In this document: positions 41,401 through 54,628 of the stretch, in pieces
How the letters are laid out: each line of letters begins with the position of its first letter
Position numbering within the stretch: position 1 is the first letter of the stretch
Source: Octopus sinensis
Taxonomy: Eukaryota
Direction: 5' to 3'
NCBI RefSeq assembly: GCF_006345805.1
Contig: NC_043023.1
Span: 13,330,001 to 13,394,000, forward strand
DNA length: 64,000 bases
Translations under genes and position numbers: made by a program
The notes under the pieces: model-generated
Database searches by the model: none
Told to the model about the DNA's origin: nothing
The model's input: the letters and a program-made list of their open reading frames with translations, nothing else

Positions 41401-44400
41401 GTATGCTAACAAAAGGGTTAAAATATATAATAGAGAAACAATTCTTAACCCTTTTGATACCAACCCATGTGAAACCACCTCTGGCTTTGAATACAAATGT
41501 CTTGTTTTCATAAGTTTTGAATTAAAATCTTCCACCAAACCTTAGTCACAATTTATGTTCCTAACACTAGCTTAATGGTAACTAAGTTATTTTACTAAAT
41601 TCTTTGTTATATTTAAAATTAATTGAAAGAAACACAGAGCATCTCAACAGAAATATGGTAACAAAACGGTTAAAATATATAATAGAGAAACAATTCTTAA
41701 CCCTTTTGATACCAGCTTGGCTGAAACCACCTCTGGCTCTGTAGTACAAATGTCTTGTTTTCTTAAGTTTTGAGTAAAAAATCTTCCACCAAACCTTAGT
41801 CACAATTTATGTTCCTAACACCAGCTTAATTATAACGATGTTATTTTACTAAATTCTTTGTTATATATAAAGTAATTGAAAGAAACACAGAGCATCTCAA
41901 CAGAAATATGGTGAAGAAAGGGTTAAAATATATAATAGAGAAACAATTCTTAACCCTTTGGATACCAACCTGCCTGAAACTGCCTCTGGGCTCTGTAGTA
42001 CAAATGTCTTGTTTTCATAAGTTTTGAATTAAAATCTTCCACCAAACCTTAGTCACAATTTATGTTCCTAACACCAGCTTAATGATAACTAAGTTATTTT
42101 ACTAAATTCTTTGTTATATTTAAAATTAATTGAAAGAAACACAGAGCATCTCAACAGAAATATGCTAATAAAAGGGTTAAAATATATAATAAGGAAACAA
42201 TTCTTAAATTGAAATCCCAGTGTTTATTTGAGAGAGACCTTATGTTATCAACCCCAGGGGGAATGGATGGAAAGGCTAACTACAGAAGGATGAGCGAGAG
42301 AGAGAGAGAAAGAGGAACAGAGATAGGGCGAGAGAGACGGAGATAGAAAGACAGAGAGAGTGATGCTTTTACCTGGTTCAACAGACTCCAGTGGCACAAA
42401 GACATCAGACAGCGAGATCGGCTCCTTCGGCACGAGGGTGGGGGAGCCGGTGTTGATGATGTTGCTCCCGCCTCCTCCCCCTCCGCCGCTGCCGTCCGAG
42501 TAGGCGGGTTCCTGTCCGACGGGCACCAGCGGCTTCGTGGAGAAGTTGAGCAGCGACCCCACCACGTCTCCACCACCACCACCACTGCCGCTACCATTGC
42601 TGTTGATTGTTGTTGTGGCGGTGGCGGTGGTGGTAGTATTATTTGATATTGCTGTCGTCGCTGTCAGGATATCGGCAGCATCTTTCGTGGTCGTCGTCGT
42701 CGTGGAGATGATGCTGGAGGCGGGCGTAGTGGATGCGGTCGTCAAGATCGACGGCGTGAGGTCTCCGTTGAAGCAGAACAGGTCGCCGATTGTGTCGTCG
42801 AGAGCTGAAGAAGTATTATTATTAGTATTATTAGTAGTAGCAGTAGTGGTGGTGGTCGTCGTCGTGGTAGAAGTAGAACCAGTGGTGGTGGTGGAGGCGC
42901 CGATGAATGGTCCGATGGCGCTGTTTGTGGAATGTGTGGCCGGCGTCGTCGACAACGAAGTCGCTGCTGTTGTGGTGGTGGTGTTGGTGGTGGTGTTGGT
43001 GCCGGTTGCAGACAACGCCGACGTGAACGGGGAATTTGTCGACGAACTGAAACGAGAAACAGGCAAAGATTGGGTTAGGGTAGAGGTTCTCGACCCTTTT
43101 TTTTATCTATGGTCCCCTTTTGATTGCTATTTTATTCTGGCGGACCCCCCCAAAGCCATTTATTGTTTAAAAATTAGTTTTCTTATTTCTTTACTGCCCA
43201 CAAGGGGCTACACACAGAGGGGACGAACAAGGACAGACAAACGGATTAAGTCAATTACATCGACCCCAGTGCATAACTGGTACTTATTTACTCGACCCCG
43301 AAAGGATGAAAGGCAAAGTCGACCTCGGCGGAATTTGAACTCAGAACGTAGCGACAGACGAAATACTTATTTCTTTACTACCCACAAGGGGCTAAACACA
43401 GAGGGGACAAACGGATTAAGTCGATTATATCGACCCCAGTGCATAACTGGTACTTATTTACTCAACCCCGAAAGGATGAAAGGCAAAGTCGACCTCGGCA
43501 GAATTTGAACTCAGAACGTAGCGGCAGACGAAATACTTATTTCTTTACTACCCACAAGGGGCTAAACACAGAGGGGACAAACGGATTAAGTCGATTATAT
43601 CGACCCCAGTGCATAACTGGTACTTATTTACTCAACCCCGAAAGGATGAAAGGCAAAGTCGACCTCGGCGGAATTTGAACTCAGAACGTAACGGTAGACG
43701 AAATACCTATTTCTTTACTACCCACAGGGGGCTACACACAGAGGGGACAAACAAGGACAGACAAACAGATTAAGTCGATTACATCGACCCCAGTGCGTAA
43801 CTGGTACTTATTTAATCGACCCCAAAAGGATGAATTTGAACTCAGAACGTAGCGGCAGACGAAATACCTATTTCTTTACTACCCACAAGGGGCTACACAC
43901 AGAGGGGACAAACAAGGACAGACAAACAGATTAAGTCGATTACATTGACCCCAGTGCATAACTGGTACTTATTTAATCGACCCCGAAAGGATGAAATGCA
44001 AAGTCGACCTCAGCGGAATTTGAACTCGATGTCTTGCAAACAAACTTGCACATGCAAGTGCTACCAGTTAAAATCTCCGTATACCGGAAGCTAGCAAGTG
44101 TATGGGGTCATCAGGAGAGAATGCGCGCCGTTTCGGTGCCTACCTCTCGACGGCATCAATGCGCACCGGCCCCCCTCACTGATATGAGGCCCCGCTTGCT
44201 AGATCAGCTGGTTATGAAGAACTCAATATACTTCTAGCCATCACTCATCGTCTCTTTTTAACCAAATCCAGTGGCTAGCCTTCTCCATTTCGGGGCCTAC
44301 CTCTCAACGGCATCAATGCGCACCGGCCCCCCTCACTGATATGAGGCCCCGCTTGCTAGATCAGCTGGTTATGAAGAACTCAATATACTTCTAGCCATCA

Positions 44401-47400
44401 CTCATCGTCTCTTTTTAACCAAATCCAGTGGCTAGCCTTCTCCACTGTAGATTGGATATCAGTCATGGTGGTATTGACTTTACAATGAGTTAGGCCTAGC
44501 GATAACAACAGTCGTCTCACGCTGTGTCCTACAAACTCTCTACATCCGACTTCGATAGGAAAATGTTCCGCTTTCCAGCCTGCTTCTTCACATTCCTCGA
44601 GGAGGTTTTCATAACGGTTCAATTTTCGAGCCCGAGCGGCGTCCATATTATCTTCATGAGGAACCGTTAGCTCGACTATATTTATAACGTAGCAGCAGAC
44701 GAAATACCAATTTCTTTACTACCCACAAGGGGCTAAACACAGAGGGGACAAACAAGGACAGACAAACGGATTAAGTCGATTATATCGACACCAGTGCGTA
44801 ACTGGTACTTATTTAATTGACTCCAAAAGGATGAAAGGGAAAGTCGACCTCGGCGGAATTTGAACTCAGAACGTAGCGGCAGACGAAATACCTATTTCTT
44901 TACTACCCACAAGGGGCTAAACACAGAGGGGACAAACAAGGACAGACAAACAGATTAAGTCGATTATATCGACCCCAGTGCGTAACTGGTACTTATTTAA
45001 TCGACCCCGAAAGGATGAAAGGCAAAGTCGACCTCGGCAGAATTTCAACTCAGAACGTAACGGCAGACGAAATACCGCTAAGCATTTCGCCCGGCATGCT
45101 AACGATTCTGCCAGCTCGCCGCCTTAAAAACTAGTTTTCTAGAAACTTCTTTGAAAATTCCTATTTTCTTCTTCATACATTAACTTGTGTAGGTTGAACC
45201 ATGAAAAATGTTAGAGAAAGAAACCTGGCCATTCCTTGAAATACATACCAATACACCTAAAGTAGGGGTTCTTGACCATTTCCCCCACACTTAACTAGAA
45301 AACTTTTCACACACCCTACCACATCATAGGTCTGTTTGGATCAGGACTGACCTGGGGCTAAACAACAACTATAGCCACTAATACTAACTACTATACTATA
45401 CATTAGATAATGTAGTCCTAGGTACACTATGCCTGAATAAAAGATGGGATGGTCACAGCTGGAACATCTTTGATCATAGGTCTGTCTGGATCAGGTCTGA
45501 CCTGGGGCTAAATAACAACAACTACAGCCACTAATACTAACTACTATACTATACATTAGATAATGTAGTCCTAGATACACTAAGCCTGAATAAAAGATGG
45601 GATGGTCACAGGTGGAACGTCTTATCATATGCCTAGAGATTAACAAGAACATAGGCCTTTCTTGATCATTAGATAATGTAGTCCTAGATACACTATGCCT
45701 GAATAAAAGAGGGGATGATCACAGCTGGAACATATTTGATCATCGGTCTGTCTGGATCAGGACTGACCTGGGGCTAAACAACAACAACAACTAAAGCCTC
45801 TAATACTATACATTAGATAATGTAGTCCTAGGTACACTATGCCTGAATAAAAGATGGGATGGTCACAGCTGGAACATCTTTGATCATAGGTCTGTCTGGA
45901 TCAGGTCTGACCTGGGGCTAAATAACAACAACAACTAAAGCCTCTAATACTATACATTAGATAATGTAGTCCTAGATACACTATGCCTGAATAAAAGAGG
46001 GGATGATCACAGCTGGAACATATTTGATCATCAGTCTGTCTGGATCAGGACTGACCTGGGGCTAAACAACAACAGTTATAGCCACTTACACTAACTACTA
46101 TGCTATACATCAGATAACGTAGTCCTAGATACACTATGCCTGAATGAAAGATGGGATGGTCACAGGTGGAACGTCTTTGATCATAAATCTGTCCAGCTCA
46201 GGACCAGCCTAGGGCTAAACCACAACAGTAACAAGATACTCACCTACTCTGACCTTTCTCTTTCGACAGAGACTGCATCAACATGGCTTTACCGAGCATG
46301 TCCAACTCCTCCATGGCCTTCTTCTGGGACTCGCTCACCGTGGTGGACGAGGACAGCCGCATGCCGAGTGCGTCTGCAGACATGGAGCCAAACGCCTGCG
46401 GTTTGTTCTTCAGTGGTGCTGCAACGAGAAGGTGAGAGAATGAGATGGTTACCAGAGGCCGATTTCATCATCGTTTAACGTCTGTTTTCTGCGCTAGCAT
46501 GGGTTGAACAGTTCGACCGGGATCTGGGAAGCCAGGGGGCTGCACCAGGCTCCAGTCTGATCTGGCAGTGTTTCTACAGCTGGATGCCCTTCCTAATGCC
46601 AACCACTCCATGAGTGTAGTGGGTGCTTTTTACATGCCACCGGCACAGGGGCCAGGCGAGGCTGCAACAGCCACATTCGGATTGGTGGGCAATGCCACGA
46701 TCGGATTGGTGTATCGATATATATATATATATATAACATCATCATCGTTTAGTGTCCGTTCTCCATGCTAGCATGGGTTGAACGGTTCGACCGGGATCTG
46801 GGAAGCCAGGAGGCTGCACCAGGCTCCAGTCTGATCTGGCAGTGTTTCTACAGCTGGATGCCCTTCCTAATGCCAACCACTCCATGAGTGTAGTGGGTGC
46901 TTTTTACATGCCACCGGCACAGGGGCCAGGCGAGGCTGCAACAGCCACATTCGGATTGGTGGGCAATGCCACGATCGGATTGGTGTATCGATATATATAT
47001 ATGTATATATATATAACATCATCATCGTTTAGTGTCCGTTCTCCATGCTAGCATGGGTTGAACGGTTCGACCGGGATCTGGGAAGCCAGGAGGCTGCACC
47101 AGGCTCCAGTCTGATCTGGCAGTGTTTCTACAGCTGGATGCCCTTCCTAACGCCAACCACTCCGCGAGTGTAGTGGATGATTTTTACGTGCCAGGGGAGG
47201 CTGGCAGCGGCCACGATCGGTTGGGGCTTTTAACGTGCCACCGGCACGGAAGCCAGTCAAGGTGGCGCTAGAATCGGCCACGTTCGGATGGTGCTTTTTA
47301 CATGCCACCGGCACACTCAACCAAATTCAATGACTACCACCCGTGCCAGTGGAGCGCTAACAGCTCCATCCGAGCGAGATCACTGCCAGAACGGCTGTCC

Positions 47401-48155
47401 GGCTTCCGTGCCGGTGGCACATAAAAAGCACCATTTGAGCATGATCGTAACCAATGTCGCCTTACTGGCATGTGAACAAAATATTTGAGCGAGGTTGTTG
47501 CCAGTGCCGCTGGACTGGCTCCTGTGCAGGTGGCACATAAAAAAGCACCATTTCAAGCGTGGCCGTTGACAGTACCGCCAGACTGGCCCTCATGCCGGTG
47601 GCACGTAAAAACACCCACTTCACTCTTGGAGTGGTTGGCGTTAGGAAGGGCATCCAGCTGTAGAAATTGTGCCAGATCAGATTGGAGCCTGGTGCAGCCA
47701 TCTGGTCCGCCAGTCCTCAGTCAAATCGTCCAACCCATGCTAGCATGGAAAACAGACGTTAAACGATGATGATGATGATATATCATCTGATTTTTTTTTT
47801 TCTTTGTCCAGGCTTAGTTAGAAGGAAGAAGAAGAGGTTGACAATGACAAAGAACAATAACAACGAGAAGAAAAGGAATGAGGAGGAGGAGGAGGAGGAG
47901 CAGAAAGGAAGCGATGTCCTTACCAGAAACAAAAGACCCTGAGGCCAGGGACGGTGTCTGTGACGTCGCAGTGAAGTTGGGGAACACGGGAGCCTGCGCC
48001 ATGCCACTGTGCAGTGGTGTGTTCGTGGCCCCCATGTTGAAAACTGAATGGATTGGTGAAGGATTGGCATCTGTCGTGCTGCTGGCTGTTATCACATTGC
48101 TGAGTTTGTCTGAAGGTTCCACCTTGCCACAAAAAGAAACAACAAAAATAAAACA

Positions 48156-48190
<35 letters not shown>

Positions 48191-51100
48191 AATAATGGTA
48201 ATTCATTTCATTTCATTTACTTGTTTCAGTCATTTGACTGTGGCCATGCTGGAGCACCACCTTTAGTTGAAGAAATCGACCCCAGGACTTACTCTTTGTA
48301 AGCCCAGTACTTATTCTATCGGTCTCAAGCGATGTTGGGGGAGGGGGGCAAACACAACACACAAACATACACATATACATACGACAGGCTTCTTTTAGTT
48401 TCCGTCCACCAAAGCCACTCACAAGGCATTGGTCGGCCCGAGGCTATAGCAGAAGACACATGCCCAAGGTGCCACGCAGTGGGAGTGAACCCGGAACCTG
48501 TGGTTCGTAAGCAAGCTACTTACCACAACAGCCACTCCTGCACCTATATATATATATATATACGACGGGCTTCTTTTCAGTTTCCGTCTACCAAATCCAC
48601 TCACAAGGCTTTGGTCGGCCCGAGGCTATAATAGAAGACACTTGCCCAAGGTACCACGCAGTGGGACTGAACCCGGAACCATGTGGTTGGTAAACAAGCT
48701 ACTTACCACACAGCCACTCCTGCACCTATATATATATATATATATACGATGGGCTTCTTTCAGTTTCCGTCTACCAAATCCACTCACAAGGCTTTGGTCG
48801 GCCCGAGGCTATAATAGAAGACACTTGCCCAAGGTGCCACGCAGTGGGACTGAACCCGGAACCATGTGGTTCATAAGCAAGCTACTTACCACACAGCCAC
48901 TCCTGCACCTATATATATATATATATATACGATGGGCTTCTTTCAGTTTCCGTCTACCAAATCCACTCACAAGGCATTGGTCGGCCCGAGGCTATAGCAG
49001 AAGACACGTGCGCAAGGTGCCACGCAGTGGGACTGAACCCGGAACCATGTGGTTCGTAAGCAAGCTACTTACCACACAGCCACTCCTGCACCTATATATA
49101 TATATATATACGACGGGCTTCTTTTCAGTTTCCGTCTACCAAATCCACTCACAAGGCTTTGGTCGGCCCGAGGCTATAGCAGAAGACATGCCCAAGGTGC
49201 CACGCAGTGGGACTGAACCCGGAACCATGTGGTTGGTAAGCAAGCTACTTACCACACAGCCACTCCTGCACCTATATACGACGGGCTTCTTTTCAGTTTC
49301 CGTCTACCAAATCCACTCACAAGGCTTTGGTTGGTCCGAGGCTATAATAGAAGACACTTGCCCAAGGTGCCACGCAGTGGGACTGAACCCGGAACCATGT
49401 GGTTCATAAGCAAGCTACTTACCACACAGCCACTCCTGCACCTATATATATATATATATACGACGGGCTTCTTTCAGTTTTCTTCTACCAAATGCACTCA
49501 CAAGGCATTGGTCAGCCCGAGGCTATAGCAGAAGACACTTGCCCAAGGTGCCACGCAGTGGGACTGAACCCGGAACCATGTGGTTGGTAAACAAGCTACG
49601 TACCACACAGCCTCTCCTACAAGGGCTGAACACTTTTTTCCACTTTATTTCTAATCCCAAATGCTTTAATTTATAAATCTAGCACTATATCTTTCTCCAT
49701 TTCAAAATTAAGGGTAAAAATAAAGCAATCCTGCGAAACAACTGATCTTTACACAGAGACGCACAGAATAAAAGCAATCATATAACGACAGCAGAGGGCA
49801 CAACAAACATCAGTGATCTGATTGTCACCTGTACTCCTGATAAGATATGCCAATTAGTCTTTTACACCTGCCAGGCTCGTTTGTATTAGCTCAAGTTGTT
49901 GGATGATTTTTTGATCCTTTAAGAATATTGCCAGTGCTGCTGGACTAACTCCTGTGCAGGTGGCAAGTAAATAAACACCGTTTCGACCCTGTGCTTGAGG
50001 AGACCTATTGAGTCAAGTACATCAACATCAAAAATCAATGGAAATTGTAATTGTGATCCCTGTGCCGGTGGCACGTAAAAAGCACCATCCGAACATGGCC
50101 AATGCCAGCGCCGCCTTGACTGGCTTTTGTGCAGGTGGCACGTAAAAAGTACCGTCCAAACGTAGCCAATACCAGTGCTGTCTTGACTGGCTTCCATGCA
50201 GGTGGCATGTAAAAAGCACCATCCGAACGTAGCCAATACCAGTGCTGTCTTGACTGGCTTCCATGCAGGTGGCATGTAAAAAGCACCATCCGAACGTAGC
50301 CAATCAGTGCTGTCTTGACTGGCTTCCATGCAGGTGGCATGTAAAAAGCACCATCCGAACGTAGCCAATACCAGTGCTGTCTTGACTGGCTTCCATGCAG
50401 GTGGCATGTAAAAAGCACCATCCGAACGTAGCCAATACCAGTGCTGTCTTGACTGGCTTCCATGCAGGTGGCATGTAAAAAGCACCATCCGAACGTAGCC
50501 AATACCAGTGCTGTCTTGACTGGCTTCCATGCAGGTGGCATGTAAAAAGCACCATCCGAACGTAGCCAATACCAGTGCTGTCTTGACTGGCTTCCATGCA
50601 GGTGGCACGTTAAAAGCACCGTCCAAACGTGGCCGATGCCAGCCTCCCCTGGCACGTAAAATGCACCCACTGCACTCATGGAGTGGTTGGCGTTAGGAAG
50701 GGCATCCAGCTGTAGAAACACTGCCAGATCTGACTGGAGCCTGGTGCAGCCTCCTGGCTTCCGAGACCCTGGTTGAACCATCCAACCCATGCTAGCATGG
50801 AAAACAGACATTAAACGATGATGATGATGACGTAGAACCGAAACTTTCATAGATTGGAATTTAAATCCTAATCTCTATAGAAATTTATTGTTCCAAGAAA
50901 ACATTGAATTTGAATTGCTTTTAATTTTTACAATTATAGATAACAACTCTGGCTGCAACACCTGAACCAGGTGTGTGTGAATGATGTTGAGCGAACGTCT
51001 GCTACGAATGATATTTTTTAACACAGGGCATCTCTAAGACGACTGCAAGACGGTGAAGGAAAATAAGTGAACTGTGACCAGGCTCAATAAAAGGAGCCCC

Positions 51101-51578
51101 AGTTATTGGTTGCAATTACATACTTGAAATCAGTGTTGGTAGGAATTTAATCAGCTTGCAAATACACATTCACATTACTGCATTTATGCTCTGGCTAAGC
51201 CCGAACAGCCCATGTGCTGGAATCACCACTGATATATATATATATATATATAGGTGAGGGCGCGTGGCTTAGTGGTTAGGGCATTCGGCTCATGATCGTA
51301 AGGTTGTGAGTTCGATTCCCGGCGACGCGTTGTGTCCTTGAGCAAGACACTTTATTTCACGTTGCTCCAGTCCACTCAGCTGGCAAAAATGAGTTGTACT
51401 TGTATTTCAAAGGGTCAGCCTTGTCACTCTCTGTGTCACGCTGATTATCCCCGAGAACTACGTTAAGGGTACACGTGTCTGTGGAATGCTCAGCCATTTG
51501 CACGTTAATTTCACGAGCAAGCTGTTCCGTTGATCGTATCAGCTGGGACCCTCGTCGTCGTAACCGGCGGAGTCTTTA

Positions 51579-51616
<38 letters not shown>

Positions 51617-52046
51617 GGGAAAGTTTACGAAAATAAACAAAAGACGAAGACAGGTGGTATACGAAGAAAGGCGGCGAGCTGGCAGAGACGTTAGCACGCC
51701 GGGCGAAATGCGTAGCTGTATTTCGTCTGCCGTTACGTTCTGGGTTCAAATTCCGCCGAGGTCGACTTTGCCTTTCATCCTTTCGGGGTCGATAAATTAA
51801 GTATCAGTTACGCACTGGGGTCGATGTAATTGACTTTATCCGTTTGTCTGTCCTTGTTTGTCCCCTCTGTGTTTAGTCCCTTGTGGGTAGTAAAGAAATA
51901 GGTGGTGTACAAAACAAACAGATGTATTAGTATAACGCTCAGGAATAGAAAAAGTCTTTTACGTTTCGAGCCTACGCTCTTCTATAGAAAGGGACACAGG
52001 AAAAACAAGGAGAGAAAAAAAAGTGTGTAGTGGCTAACGATCTATC

Positions 52047-52077
<31 letters not shown>

Positions 52078-54584
52078 AGGGTAAAGACCCCCTTCGGTCA
52101 TGAATGACCATGGGATTGCACCTAGAAAGTTACCCTCCTAGACACAAGTCCGGGCAAGGTTGTTTATGGAAGACCAGCAGTCGCCCATGCATACCAGCCT
52201 CCCCTCTCCACGCCACCAGTGTCATCCAAGGGAAAGACAAAGGTCGATACAGCTTGGCACCTGTGACATCGCAACTCATTTCTACAGCTGAGTGAACTGG
52301 AGCAACGTGAAATAAAGTGCCTTGCTCGAGAACAACACGCAGCCCTGTCCGGGATTCGAGCTCACAACCTCACGATCGTAAGCTCGACGCTCTAACCACT
52401 GAGCCATGCGCCTTCATATATATATATATACATACATACATACAAAGATATACATATATATACACATCCACACATAATGTGTTTACTTACATTGACTGAT
52501 CCAAAAATATCACTCAACTGGTCAATGGTGGAGGAACTGCTGTTGTCAAGGTTTGAACTTGGTTGGTTAGAAGCGACAACAGGCTTCATATCCGGCGGGT
52601 CACTCAGACCTAAAACAAAGAGACAAACAGACAGACAAACATTAACACATGTCCTTACTCGGTCAACATGATAAAAAAAACTCGCAAACTGGAATTGTGC
52701 TGGCCACCTCAACCGACTGTGTCCCTACTCGTGCTCTCTTCTTGAATGCGAGTTAAGTTAAGTTAATTTTTTGCCTCAAAAAGCAAAAGCAAAGCCATGT
52801 AGGGGGACATGGAGTTATGTACAGGGAGGGTGTTCATACAAAGAGTTCAGGATATTTCTGGTCAAGAGAGACTTTGAACCGAGCGGTCTTCGGCATCTTC
52901 ACCATCTCATCCGGCAGCTTATTCCACGGATCCGCAACCCGGACGGAGAAAGCCCCTCTCCTTCGATTGAGATGAAATCGTCGCAGATAGAGCTTTTCAG
53001 AGTGACCCCGCAGCCGACGCTCTGGAGCAGGAGTGAATAACAGCTCTTTCGAGAGGTTACACTTTCCGCTTATGATGTTGTGAGCAAGAATGGGATCACC
53101 ACGGCGTCGCCGTTTTTCTAGAGAATAAAGGTCGAGCGTCTTCAGCATTTCTTCATAAGACAAATGCTTGAGACCAAGAACCATGCGGGTAGCCAGCTTC
53201 TGGACTCTTTCGAGATGATGTATGTCTTTGAGGAGATAAGGAGAAGAGGCTTGAATCGCGTACTCCAATATGGGTCTCACCAGCGTGACATTCAGCGGTA
53301 GGAATATGGCTGCTGTGAGCATTCCGAATGACCCCCCCCTCTCTCTTTGGAGAGGCACTGAGCCGCTATACGCACACATGCCCACACGGCAGTAAATTGC
53401 ACCTACCGAATTCAATCACAAAGCTCCAGTCGGCTCGGGGCTATAGTAGAAGACACTTACCCAAAGTGCCACGCAGTGGGACTGAACCCGAAACCATGTA
53501 GCTAGGAGGCAAGCTCCCTAACCACACAGCCATGCCCACGCCTACTTAAAAATGTATGCACATATGCGCAGCGCTATGCGTGAGGCAAGTTTTCTACAGC
53601 CGGATGCCCTTCCTGACGCCAACCCCCACCTGTTGCCAAGCGAGGTAGTTTTATTCCCTCCCGTCGAATAAAAAACAGAACTCCGCGTGCTTTGTTGGCA
53701 GCACGGACGCACTGGGCCGAAGGCGAAAAGGAAGAATCCACCAAGATACCCAGGTTCTTTACCTGGTCGGTCCTCTCCAGCAGCAGACGACCTGGCTCGA
53801 AATCAAGTTGAGATGCAGGAGAAGAGCCGATGTATATTGTGACTTTGGATAAGAGGAGGAATGAGGACTTGATGGGGATGCTGGGGTTCAAGGAATCGGT
53901 GGACCAGCTGACAAGCTCAAATGGAGTGTGGTGGTGTGGACATGTGTTGAGGAGGGATGACGATCGTGTTCTGCGGAGAGCGGTTGAGTTTAAAGGTGAA
54001 TGAACCGCGAAGGTCAACCAGAAGGTCAAACATGGAGGGGACAGGTAGAGGAGGAGATTGGGAGGGTTGGCTTGAGGAGAGGGGATGCCCAAAACCAGGC
54101 AAGATGGTGTGAGAGCAGTTGGTGTAAGAGTGAGGTAGGTCCAGCTACCTGTTAATGGGAACAAACCCTGATTAAAAATATTCGGCATCATCATCATCAT
54201 CAGTCTAAGCTGCTCTGTTGTGGATCCTTCCTTCATATTTTAATATCTTCTACCCTAGCATAAAACATCATCTATTCCATTGAAAATAACACTGACATCT
54301 CATTTTACAGATATCTCGTCTGGCACCTGTGTCGGTGGCACATAAAAAACACCATCCGAGCGTGGCCGTCTGCCAGCCTCATCTGGCACCTGTGTCGGTG
54401 GCACATAAAATCACCCTCTACACTTGTGGAGTGGTTGGCGTTAGGAAAGGCATCCAGCTGTAGAAACACTGCCAGATCTGACTGGCCTGGTGCAGCCTTC
54501 GGGCTCCCCAGACCCCAGTTGAACCGTCCAACCCATGCTAGCATGGAAAGCGAACGTTAAATGATGATGATGATGATGATGATG

Positions 54585-54628
<44 letters not shown>

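Noticed and set aside
42537-43508. 323-aa plus-strand ORF
   Set aside because: Antisense shadow of the low-complexity GGA exon running into a SINE array.
49919-50850. 235- and 271-aa repetitive ORFs
   Set aside because: Produced by a 67-bp minisatellite inside a non-coding repeat.
50955-51035. Possible extra GGA exon (RCPVLKNIIRSRRSLNIIHTHLVQ)
   Set aside because: Weak donor (GTGTTG), no resemblance to GGA, and not needed for frame.
51258-51330. Functional tRNA-Met gene (CAT in the loop)
   Set aside because: The acceptor and T stems pair poorly and the sequence continues into a SINE core and tail.
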